Of a DNA stretch of 64,000 nt, positions 18,216-26,446 are shown piece after piece; position 1 is the first letter of the stretch, and every line of letters begins with the position of its first letter. A model generated the notes under the pieces. It was not told the origin of the DNA. It worked only from the letters and a program-made list of their open reading frames with translations, and made no database searches. The stretch comes from a virus. The translations under genes were made by a program, and so were the position numbers. The stretch covers positions 1 through 64,000 of IMG/VR virus record IMGVR_UViG_3300044634_002329. One strand, 5' to 3'.

Positions 18216-18321
18216 AACTTATGTTTTTATATTTTACCTACTTAAAAAGTTATAAAAAATTTAAAGCCGAAAAGCTTCAGCTTTTCCATAGGAGTGGTTG
18301 AGTAATTAAAAAACAAGCCTG

Positions 18322-18477
18322 TTAAGACTTGTTCTTTATTACCTTTGCATTCATGTACATCTTTTTATGTAATGCACTTAAGAATGGTGACTTAGGATTA
18401 TGGTCTGCAATCTTCTTTACCAAATCCATTAACATGTTATACTCTGTCCATGTTATTTCTAATACTACTGTATCCAT
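18322..18477 (-). CDS. small early protein (51 aa), absent from ORF track
   Basis: MDTVVLEITWTEYNMLMDLVKK...; promoter copy at 18494. Confidence 0.7.
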   Translation of the reverse strand: MDTVVLEITWTEYNMLMDLVKKIADHNPKSPFLSALHKKMYMNAKVIKNKS

Positions 18478-18527
18478 ACTAACTAGTTTAAGTTACTATT
18501 AAAGTTATAAAAGGGCTTTTACACCCT

Positions 18528-18743
18528 TTATAGTTCTGCATTAGGACAATACTTAGCAAGTTCAGATTCATAAAACCCATCTCCTGTTAATGTACCATCA
18601 CGTCTTACTGCTAAATAAATCACGTCTATATTATCATTCCAAATAGACGTGTTTTTTTCTGTGATTTTAATAAGAAAAGGATAATTCCTTTCATTAGTAG
18701 GTATAAGAACTTTACCTTTTGTATTTGCATTTAATCCCTCCAT
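18528..18743 (-). CDS. small early protein
   Basis: Cassette ORF with promoter and hairpin. Confidence 0.7.
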   Translation of the reverse strand: MEGLNANTKGKVLIPTNERNYPFLIKITEKNTSIWNDNIDVIYLAVRRDGTLTGDGFYESELAKYCPNAEL

Positions 18744-18835
18744 AATATATAGTTTTAATTTTTACTACTTATAAAGTTATAAATACTATGTACTTAAAAA
18801 AATAATAGGATGTGTATTTCTACACACCCTTATTA

Positions 18836-19222
18836 TCATGGTTTAACAGGAGCTTCTAACAACTCAAACAATTCATTGTTGTCTAATAACCTGTAAATCT
18901 TTGCTTTGTAGTTGTCAAGTTCACAAGTATAATTATCCCACTCTTTCAATTCAGCATTAAGCTTTCTGAATTTCAGGACATTATTCTTAGACTCTTCATA
19001 CTCTTTAGGGTCAATCCCTAATTCTGTACAAGCAACTACTTGGTTGTTTAAAACACCAACAGCATAAACATACTGTTTATCACTACTGTTTTTGTTAATA
19101 CTAATAGTATTACCAACACTGATTTCAGGGATTTCATTTAATGATTCCTGTAATTTAGCACATGTTTCTTCAGCAAATGCTAAGTCTAACTTAGCTTGTT
19201 TGTAAGCATCTAATTTATTCAT
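18836..19222 (-). CDS. early protein
   Basis: Cassette ORF. Confidence 0.75.
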   Translation of the reverse strand: MNKLDAYKQAKLDLAFAEETCAKLQESLNEIPEISVGNTISINKNSSDKQYVYAVGVLNNQVVACTELGIDPKEYEESKNNVLKFRKLNAELKEWDNYTCELDNYKAKIYRLLDNNELFELLEAPVKP

Positions 19223-19293
19223 AACAATTAATTTTAAAGTTTCTATTACTTAAAAAGTTATAAAAAAAATAAAAGGGAATTTCTTCCCTTTTT

Positions 19294-19494
19294 TTATTGT
19301 TCTATTGATGATACTTCAGCTTCAATATACTCTTGTAAGTAGTCTCTTAATTGTAAAAGAGTTTTTCTACCTGCAATAGCACTGATTGCTTCTACTTCAG
19401 TTAATCCTCCCTTATTGTTAAGAGCATAACCATTTATCATATCAAGTTGTCTGTTGATAAGATCAATAACTTTAAATATAGTTTCTGTGTCCAT
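19294..19494 (-). CDS. small early protein
   Basis: Cassette ORF. Confidence 0.7.
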   Translation of the reverse strand: MDTETIFKVIDLINRQLDMINGYALNNKGGLTEVEAISAIAGRKTLLQLRDYLQEYIEAEVSSIEQ

Positions 19495-19557
19495 AATATA
19501 TAATTTTAATTTACTTATAAAGTAATAAAAAAATAAAGGGTTTTACCCCTTTACTCT

Positions 19558-19758
19558 TTACTCAAAATCACTCTTGTCTAACAACAAGATTTTCTTATTC
19601 TTATTCATGAGTTCATACTCTTGAGCAAGAGAATTTCTATACTCTATGAGTTCTTTTTCCTCAATAGCATTAAGAGCTACTAACTCTTCTTGCTTAGGAG
19701 CTCTAGATAAAAGGATCATGATTCCCTCTACCTCTTCAATAAGTGCTTGTACAAACAT
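19558..19758 (-). CDS. small early protein
   Basis: Cassette ORF. Confidence 0.7.
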   Translation of the reverse strand: MFVQALIEEVEGIMILLSRAPKQEELVALNAIEEKELIEYRNSLAQEYELMNKNKKILLLDKSDFE

Positions 19759-19817
19759 ATCTTAAGATTTAAATATTTCTTTTGCTTAAAAAGTTATAAA
19801 AAGAAAAAGAACAAGGA

Positions 19818-19991
19818 CTACTGTCCTTCTTCCTTCTTTCTACATACATTGAATACAACGTATTCACTTGTTGTATGTATTTCATACTTAATTAAAATTC
19901 CAATGGTAATCCACTGATTTAATTTAGCTTGCATCTTTGTTAGCTCTGCTGATTCAGATGCTTTAATACTGAAAATATCTATTCTGTGCAT
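19818..19991 (-). CDS. small early protein (57 aa), absent from ORF track
   Basis: MHRIDIFSIKASESAELTKMQAKLNQWIT...; promoter copy at 20007. Confidence 0.7.
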   Translation of the reverse strand: MHRIDIFSIKASESAELTKMQAKLNQWITIGILIKYEIHTTSEYVVFNVCRKKEEGQ

Positions 19992-20036
19992 AATACAATT
20001 TTCTAGTACTTAAAAAGTAATAAAGAAAAAGAAGAA

Positions 20037-20147
20037 CTATTGTTCTTCTTCTTTTAAAAATTGATTATAATAACACCATTCATGGTAACTAATTTCACAA
20101 TTAGGATCCCAACCTAATTTTTCACAATATGCTAAGTATTCTTCCAT
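20037..20147 (-). CDS. small acidic early protein (36 aa), absent from ORF track
   Basis: MEEYLAYCEKLGWDPNCEISYHEWCYYNQFLKEEEQ; promoter copy at 20163. Confidence 0.65.
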   Translation of the reverse strand: MEEYLAYCEKLGWDPNCEISYHEWCYYNQFLKEEEQ

Positions 20148-20211
20148 AATAATAATTTCTTATACATAAAAAGTAATAAAAAAATATAGAGGTTTTATCC
20201 TCTATATTTCA

Positions 20212-20412
20212 TTATCCTTTGTAGTTATTCATTAATGATGCTACTTGTTTAGCATCTATAAATAACAACTTAATTTTGAATCCTTGTGCAGGTGGGCAAT
20301 TAGCAATAAATATTTCTGCTAATTTAGCTGAATGCTTTGCTGATGCTGTGAATTCTAATTGATGTACAGGATTATCTAAGATATCTAATATCTCTGCATA
20401 GTATACTTTCAT
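20212..20412 (-). CDS. small early protein
   Basis: Cassette ORF. Confidence 0.7.
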   Translation of the reverse strand: MKVYYAEILDILDNPVHQLEFTASAKHSAKLAEIFIANCPPAQGFKIKLLFIDAKQVASLMNNYKG

Positions 20413-20477
20413 AATTATAATTTCTATTGATTATAAAGTAATAAAAAAAATAAGAGAGCTTTTACACTCTCTTATTA

Positions 20478-20663
20478 TTACTTAACATACTTCTCATGAT
20501 CAGGTGCTTTAACACCTGCTAACCAACTTACAAATGCTATCATGAATACTACTGCACTTAATTCAGGCCATTCTTGTTCTAACAAGATTAATACTGCTAA
20601 GATTATACAAATACCTGACATTAACATTAATGATAGGTAATACTTTGAATATTGTTTTCTCAT
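20478..20663 (-). CDS. small early membrane protein
   Basis: Two TM segments; cassette ORF. Confidence 0.7.
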   Translation of the reverse strand: MRKQYSKYYLSLMLMSGICIILAVLILLEQEWPELSAVVFMIAFVSWLAGVKAPDHEKYVK

Positions 20664-20723
20664 AACTATAATTTCTTCTACTTATAAAGTAATAAAAAAG
20701 AATAAGAGCCTAAGCTCTTACTC

Positions 20724-20903
20724 TTAATAATCTTCAGGCTTTATTGATGTTTCTTCTTCAGCCATTCTATCATAATATTTCTGAATTATTAATTCTTCTT
20801 CTTCAGCCATCTTAGCATAATGTCTTTGAATCATGATATCTTCGGATGGTCCTGAACCATCTTCATACATATCTAATTCATCGTATTCTTCTTCAATATT
20901 CAT
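20724..20903 (-). CDS. highly acidic early protein (59 aa), absent from ORF track
   Basis: MNIEEEYDELDMYEDG...; 20/59 residues D/E; promoter copy at 20926. Confidence 0.7.
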   Translation of the reverse strand: MNIEEEYDELDMYEDGSGPSEDIMIQRHYAKMAEEEELIIQKYYDRMAEEETSIKPEDY

Positions 20904-21195
20904 ATCTATAAGTATTAGTTTCTTCTACTTATAAAGTTATATTTCTACCACAAAACTTTTTTTAAGTATGCTTAGGTATGCTTGAGTAGTACTTGAGTTT
21001 GGTAGGGGTACCCTTCACTTCTTGAGGTAGGGGGGAGGTAATTCATTAGGAGCCACCACCCTCTACTATTTACAATGCCATAAATTTCTTAAAAAATTTT
21101 TTTATAAACCTTAGAGTGATCCTGGGAATATTATTAGGTTGATAACCAGGGTACAATTATTTTTTGTATATTGTATTGTAAACAATCCAAAAGAC

Positions 21196-22056
21196 ATGGT
21201 AGAAAAGTTAAGTAAGAATGTACACAAGATAAGTCTATCTGGTACATACAATGAAATTGCTGTGCTCTCTGATTTACATTGGGATAATCCTAAATGTGAT
21301 AGAGTGCTGCTAAAAAAACACCTGGATTATTGTTTAGATAAGAAGATTCCTGTAGTAATAACTGGGGATCTTTTTTGTTTAATGCAAGGTCGGGGAGATA
21401 ACAGAAGGAATAAATCGGACATCTTACCAGAGCATAACAACTATAAATACTTAGACTCTATTGTAGAAACTGCAGTAGATTGGTTTACACCATATGCCCA
21501 TATTATAACTGTTGTAGGATATGGTAATCATGAAACCGGGATTATTAAATGGCAAGAGACTGATATACTACAGAGATTTGTTGATTTGTTGAATCATACT
21601 ACCGGATCTACTGTTTATACCGGAGGATACGGAGGCTGGGTTATTTATGATGTAAACTTAAGAACTAATATCAAAACTAGTTTCAAGCATAAGTACTTTC
21701 ATGGATCCGGTGGAGGAGGTATAGTTACTAAAGGTGCTATTAACCTTACTAGAGCTTTAGAAACTTATGAAGGATTTGACTTGTTTTCTATGGGACATAT
21801 TCATGAGAATAGTTGTAGGAATGACTCAAGAGAAATACTTCACATGAATGCAGGTGTTGCAGAAATAAGATTGAAACAAATACACCACTGCATCACGGGA
21901 ACTTATAAGGAAGAATATGATGATGGATCTAAAGGCTGGCATGTTGAAAGAGGAGCTCCTCCAAAACCATTAGGTGGTAGAATTATTATGCTTTCTGCAA
22001 AACGTGAAAAAGATGTAATAATAAAATCTATAGATAGTAAAGGTTTTCCTTTATAA
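21196..22056 (+). CDS. calcineurin-like metallophosphoesterase
   Basis: DLH, GDL, GNHE, HG, GHIH motifs; start reassigned to ATG 21196. Confidence 0.85.
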   Translation: MVEKLSKNVHKISLSGTYNEIAVLSDLHWDNPKCDRVLLKKHLDYCLDKKIPVVITGDLFCLMQGRGDNRRNKSDILPEHNNYKYLDSIVETAVDWFTPYAHIITVVGYGNHETGIIKWQETDILQRFVDLLNHTTGSTVYTGGYGGWVIYDVNLRTNIKTSFKHKYFHGSGGGGIVTKGAINLTRALETYEGFDLFSMGHIHENSCRNDSREILHMNAGVAEIRLKQIHHCITGTYKEEYDDGSKGWHVERGAPPKPLGGRIIMLSAKREKDVIIKSIDSKGFPL

Positions 22057-22072
22057 TTATTACATTTGTTTT

Positions 22073-22705
22073 ATGGCTTATATAGAACACAATTTTTTTC
22101 CGTTGAAGGTATTTGTTAGGAATGAATACATGTATCAGCACAAGAAGGGTCAAGGAGAATTTACTCCAGGAGTAATAATGTCAGTAAGATGCATGCCTGG
22201 ACAGGCAGCTCTTTTCCAAGTTCTTTTAGAGAATGGAGTAATGAGAGATAAGTTACCATCCCATGCTTTACTTACAGAACCTAAACTTCCAGATCCAGAT
22301 TTACCATTTCATTTTCTACAGATCTGGAATTGTTTTTCATACAACTTTACTTTACTTCATTTGTCTTATGTTTATGATACTAAAGTAGAAGTATTTATGA
22401 AGGATCATAAGTTTTATCCGGGTAGTTATTATGCTACTATCAACTGGGGGGCTAATGATCTTAACACAGATTTGTCTTTGGCTGAAGATGCTTTAGAACA
22501 CAAGAGTCATCATATCATCTTGCTTGACAACGGACAGATTGCCTTGCAACCTAACAATAGGATAAAATGGTCGGAGCCTAGTTTTGTGACTAAGCCATTT
22601 CCTGAGAAACCTGACTATTTAGTTAACACTGATTATTATAACTGTGAAGGTTTTGACAAATGGCATACAGAAGATTCTGATAGAATGTTTTATGATACAG
22701 AATAA
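22073..22705 (+). CDS. conserved phage protein
   Basis: VRNEYMY...GEF...HKSHHIILLDNGQIALQPNNR family motif. Confidence 0.75.
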   Translation: MAYIEHNFFPLKVFVRNEYMYQHKKGQGEFTPGVIMSVRCMPGQAALFQVLLENGVMRDKLPSHALLTEPKLPDPDLPFHFLQIWNCFSYNFTLLHLSYVYDTKVEVFMKDHKFYPGSYYATINWGANDLNTDLSLAEDALEHKSHHIILLDNGQIALQPNNRIKWSEPSFVTKPFPEKPDYLVNTDYYNCEGFDKWHTEDSDRMFYDTE

Positions 22706-22737
22706 TTTATTATATTTGTGGTACCAACAAACATGTA

Positions 22738-22929
22738 ATGAGTAAAGAAGACAAAGTAATCCTGTCTATCAAAGACACGGAAGATGGACTAGAGGTCCGA
22801 ATCAATGAAGGTGCTTATGGTAATTTTGCCATAGTAGGTTTAATAGAGAAAATCAAGTTAGATATTCTTAATGGAAATACTCCAGAAGCTGAGCAACCTG
22901 TGAAAATTAGTAAAACATACGATGCATAA
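22738..22929 (+). CDS. hypothetical protein
   Basis: Downstream of TATATTTG promoter. Confidence 0.65.
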   Translation: MSKEDKVILSIKDTEDGLEVRINEGAYGNFAIVGLIEKIKLDILNGNTPEAEQPVKISKTYDA

Positions 22930-22930
22930 T

Positions 22931-23173
22931 ATGGAAATCAAGGAAGTAAAAGTTCAGTCTTTTGGTGAACAGTTAGTGGGTTTAGACTTTAATCCATCAG
23001 GAAATGAAAAAGTACAAAAAGCTAAGGAGCTATGTGCTGAGTTGGCTAATCTTTTAAAAGATTCATATACTGAGTCTGAAAGAACACCAGTTAAAAGTTT
23101 GTTATTTGATCATGCAGTAGGAGAAATTCTTAATGCACAAATGACTGTTGTAAAAGTAATAACATTAAAGTAA
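22931..23173 (+). CDS. Acb2/Tad1-like helical hairpin protein (putative immune-signal sponge)
   Basis: FGEQLVGLDFNPSG...KELCAELANLL...EILNAQMTVVKVIT. Confidence 0.55.
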   Translation: MEIKEVKVQSFGEQLVGLDFNPSGNEKVQKAKELCAELANLLKDSYTESERTPVKSLLFDHAVGEILNAQMTVVKVITLK

Positions 23174-23460
23174 TGGAAAAATTTATCTTAAAAGGGAAAA
23201 GAGTCTTGTTAGATGTTCCACAAAAAAAAGAATCAGCTATCCAATTATCTGAAAAAGATGAAGAGCACATCATGAAGGAAACAATGAAGCTATGGACTAG
23301 GTTGAATGTATTTGCTGTAGGAGATACAGTAGAAGGATTTACAGCAGGTGCAAAAGTATATTGTACTACAAGTTCATTAGAGCATTCAGAAAAAGTAGAA
23401 ATAGATGGATCAATGAAATTAATGATTGGTCAAGGTGACATTGCTATAATTTGGGAATAA
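23173..23460 (+). CDS. GroES-like co-chaperonin
   Basis: GKRVLL..., VFAVGDTV...GAKV, IDG...GDIAIIW; 95 aa. Confidence 0.7.
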   Translation: MEKFILKGKRVLLDVPQKKESAIQLSEKDEEHIMKETMKLWTRLNVFAVGDTVEGFTAGAKVYCTTSSLEHSEKVEIDGSMKLMIGQGDIAIIWE

Positions 23461-23825
23461 TGAATATTACAAGTGATAATCAGTCATACAGAGAACTGTC
23501 TAAAGAGGATCTTCAAAAAAGAATCCAAATTGACAGTGAAATATTAAGTAATAGATTAAATGCACGTGATGAAGCTGATGGATGGAAAAGTATTCCCATG
23601 GAAACCATTACTCCGGTTAATGTTATTAGGCCTTCTCATTACGGTGGTGAAGGTAATACTTATGAAGTCTTTAATGTATTAGAAGCTTGGGATATTGATA
23701 AAGATTTCTATCTAGGAAATGTAATTAAGTATATCTCTAGAGCAGGAAAAAAAGATTCTTCAAAAACTAAGGAGGATTTAGAAAAAGCTTTAGTATATTT
23801 GCAAAGAAGAATTAGCACTTTGTGA
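23460..23825 (+). CDS. DUF3310-like protein
   Basis: PSHY...FYLGNVIKYISRAGKK...EDLEKALVYL. Confidence 0.8.
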   Translation: MNITSDNQSYRELSKEDLQKRIQIDSEILSNRLNARDEADGWKSIPMETITPVNVIRPSHYGGEGNTYEVFNVLEAWDIDKDFYLGNVIKYISRAGKKDSSKTKEDLEKALVYLQRRISTL

Positions 23826-23880
23826 CCTAAAGTTTTATTTTTCTTTGTATCATAATAAAAATTTGCTCAGTTAGGTAAGG

Positions 23881-23915
23881 AAATCCTTGGGAATTAATTC
23901 TCAGGGATTTTGTTT
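23881..23915 (+). terminator. intrinsic terminator
   Basis: AAATCCTTGGGAAT-TA-ATTCTCAGGGATTT then T-run. Confidence 0.7.
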
Positions 23916-23956
23916 TTACAAATATTTTGATTATATTATAGTATAATTTATATGTT

Positions 23957-24883
23957 ATGTTAAATAATCTTACAAACTTCTATAATCTTATTAGAGGTAG
24001 AATGCTCAGAACATCAACTACAGTAGCACCAACTGATATAATTCCGTTAGGAGTAGTTAATCCAAATTATGGTGGTGGCTATGCTCCATCTGCTATTACT
24101 GTTGAAGATCTTGCTATTGCATTCCAGCCAGGTACACCTACATTACAACAAGTTCTTGATAATAACCATGATTTAGTTGATGGAAATAATTTTCAAGGAA
24201 CTGATGCTGGTGCCGGTGTTGTAAATGCTGGTGGTAGTAATGTTAATGCTTTTGGTGCAGATGCTTCTTCAACTAATGCTGGTGTTACTGATGTTAATGC
24301 ATTTGGTAACTCTGCAGCAAATAGTAATCAAGCTAACAATGTTAATGCATTTGGTTATAAAGCTGCTATTAATAATACAAAAGAATATGTAAATGCTATT
24401 GGTTATAATGCAGCTTCAGACAATGAAGGTGGTGATGTTAATGCAATTGGTGCTGAAGCAGCATTTGGAAATAAAGCTGATTATGTTAATGCTTTAGGAA
24501 AAGGGGCTGCAAAAGGAAATGAAGGTGCTGAAGTCATTGCTATTGGTACAAATGCTGCAGGAGATAATACTTCACGTGGAGAGAATGTTGTAGCTATTGG
24601 ACTTGGAGCAGGTAGATCAAATGATGCTGGTAATGTTATATTAATTGGTACAGATGCAGGTAAAGCAAACTATGGTAGAGATACAATTATATTAGGAAGG
24701 AGTGCTGGTGATAATAATCAACTAGATAGTCAGTTTATTATTTCTGGTAGTAGTTTACCTGTGTATACTGATGAAGCTGCTGCTTTATCAGTAATAAACT
24801 TAAGTAATGGTGCATCAGTAGGTTCCGTGTATTTATATTATGATCAATTTACTAAATCAATTTCTGCTATATTCCCTGCATAA
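23957..24883 (+). CDS. fibre protein with YadA-like beta-roll repeats
   Basis: ~13-aa repeats NVNAFGxxAAxxN; TPTLQQVLD linker. Confidence 0.7.
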   Translation: MLNNLTNFYNLIRGRMLRTSTTVAPTDIIPLGVVNPNYGGGYAPSAITVEDLAIAFQPGTPTLQQVLDNNHDLVDGNNFQGTDAGAGVVNAGGSNVNAFGADASSTNAGVTDVNAFGNSAANSNQANNVNAFGYKAAINNTKEYVNAIGYNAASDNEGGDVNAIGAEAAFGNKADYVNALGKGAAKGNEGAEVIAIGTNAAGDNTSRGENVVAIGLGAGRSNDAGNVILIGTDAGKANYGRDTIILGRSAGDNNQLDSQFIISGSSLPVYTDEAAALSVINLSNGASVGSVYLYYDQFTKSISAIFPA

Positions 24884-24944
24884 TTAATAAACAAATAAAA
24901 ACAAAATAAAATGGATATTTTAAATTTCATATCTTGGATTAAAG
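24881..24944 (+). repeat. ~64-bp direct repeat copy 1 (leader and first codons)
   Basis: Near-identical to 25474..25536. Confidence 0.8.
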
Positions 24945-25480
24945 GAGGTCGTGTAGTAACTACAGTTGACCCAGCCAAAACACTTATCCCTGTAGGGTTA
25001 AAAGATGACCGTAGAGATGATGGTTATCTAGCAGGTGTTATATCTGTACAAGATTTTGCTTCTCAATTAGGAGGATTACAAACTGTTGCTGTAGATGGTG
25101 TAACAATTACAGGTAACGGAACCTTAAGTAATCCGTTAGTAGCAACAATACCTACTCCCTCATATAAAGTATATTCTGCATCTTTGGTACAAACTGGTGT
25201 AACAGCTCCTGTTGCTACTATATTAGAAAATACTTTAGGAACAACTGTAACTTTTAGTTATATTAGTGTAGGTAACTATGAAATAACTTTTGGAACTCCT
25301 CCTAGTTTTCCAAAAGTGGCAGTTTTAACAAGTCCTTTAACGGCAGATTCAACAAATTGGTCTGTTTATGTTAATAAATTTAATGCTCCAACTAAAATCA
25401 GATTAACAACACGTTCTGGAGGTACTGATGCAAATGGTCTTTTATCTTATATGTTTATAGAAATCAGAGTATATAATTAA
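24911..25480 (+). CDS. virion fibre-like protein
   Basis: MDILNFISWIK...RDDGYL N-domain; VAVDGVTITGNG. Confidence 0.7.
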   Translation: MDILNFISWIKGGRVVTTVDPAKTLIPVGLKDDRRDDGYLAGVISVQDFASQLGGLQTVAVDGVTITGNGTLSNPLVATIPTPSYKVYSASLVQTGVTAPVATILENTLGTTVTFSYISVGNYEITFGTPPSFPKVAVLTSPLTADSTNWSVYVNKFNAPTKIRLTTRSGGTDANGLLSYMFIEIRVYN

Positions 25481-25536
25481 TAAACAAATAAAAACAAATA
25501 AAATGGATATTTTAAATCTTATATCTTGGATTAAAG
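25474..25536 (+). repeat. ~64-bp direct repeat copy 2
   Basis: Near-identical to 24881..24944. Confidence 0.8.
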
Positions 25537-25973
25537 CGGGTAACTATAGAACTACCCTTCCTACAGATACCCCAAGCTTACTTCCTATTGGAGCAAAAGA
25601 TGCTTCTCGTGATGATGGTTATTTACCACTTGCAGTAAATGCCGCACCTTTACAAACATTGTACAATACAGCTAATGTTACTCAAGGTACAAGTATTACA
25701 ACAGATGTTACAGTAGATGCCCTTAATGGTATTATTACCACAGTATCTTCTACATTAGCAGCTAATGCTAAAACAAGTTTTACTGTAAATAATCCTAATG
25801 TAAAAGCAACATCTAAGGTTTTAGTGTCAGTACAATATCCAGCAGCTTCTGCAGGTATTCCTGTAGTAGGACTTGTAAGTGTTACCGATGGTAAATTTGG
25901 AATTTTATTAGCTAATGGTGGTAATGCTGAATTAAATGATGTAGTTAAAATACATTACTTGGTTATTGCATAA
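25503..25973 (+). CDS. virion fibre-like protein
   Basis: MDILNLISWIK...RDDGYL N-domain with different C-domain. Confidence 0.7.
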   Translation: MDILNLISWIKAGNYRTTLPTDTPSLLPIGAKDASRDDGYLPLAVNAAPLQTLYNTANVTQGTSITTDVTVDALNGIITTVSSTLAANAKTSFTVNNPNVKATSKVLVSVQYPAASAGIPVVGLVSVTDGKFGILLANGGNAELNDVVKIHYLVIA

Positions 25974-25990
25974 ACTTTATAACTAGTTAG

Positions 25991-26025
25991 AAAAACCCTG
26001 GATTTAAAACATCTGGGGTTTTTTT
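25991..26025 (+). terminator. intrinsic terminator
   Basis: AAAAACCCTGGAT...ATCTGGGGTTTTTTT. Confidence 0.75.
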
Positions 26026-26076
26026 GTTTGGTAGTCTTAATCTTTTTTTGTATATTATTATATAAATATTTATGTC

Positions 26077-26445
26077 ATGTCAATAGGAAATTTAAAAGAT
26101 TACGGAAATAAAGGAAATAACTTTCCGTGGCAACTCAAAATGTTGCAAGGACTTGATGCAATCAATACTGGACAAACAGGAAATACAGGTGCTATTAGAA
26201 CTCCAAATTTAATTACTGCAACTAACACTACAGGAACAATTAGTGTAGAAGTACATAGTATTTCTGTTTATAATTCTGGAAATGCTGTAGGAACATTAAC
26301 TGTTAGTGGAGGTGCTGCTGTAAATATTCCTATAGGTGCAACTATTAATATGGATGCTGGAGGTAATAATAATAGATTTGCATCTGGTGCATTTGTATAT
26401 GATGCTACAGCAGGTACTACATTTATTATTGCTTATGTAGCTTAA
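26077..26445 (+). CDS. putative structural protein
   Basis: Beta-rich; in fibre block. Confidence 0.65.
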   Translation: MSIGNLKDYGNKGNNFPWQLKMLQGLDAINTGQTGNTGAIRTPNLITATNTTGTISVEVHSISVYNSGNAVGTLTVSGGAAVNIPIGATINMDAGGNNNRFASGAFVYDATAGTTFIIAYVA

Positions 26446-26446
26446 T

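Larger units (their letters stand above)
17617..20941 (-). promoter_or_regulatory. array of 12 repeated early-promoter elements, consensus TTTTAT(A/T)ACTTT(A/T)TAAGTA
   Basis: Copies at ~17617, 18239, 18494, 18766, 19247, 19512, 19783, 20007, 20163, 20429, 20679, 20926; 11 lie ~15-25 nt upstream of an ATG. Confidence 0.85.

Noticed and set aside
17617-20941. CRISPR array or integron
   Set aside because: Repeats are degenerate, spacing is irregular (150-600 bp) and coding; no cas or integrase gene and no attC pattern seen.
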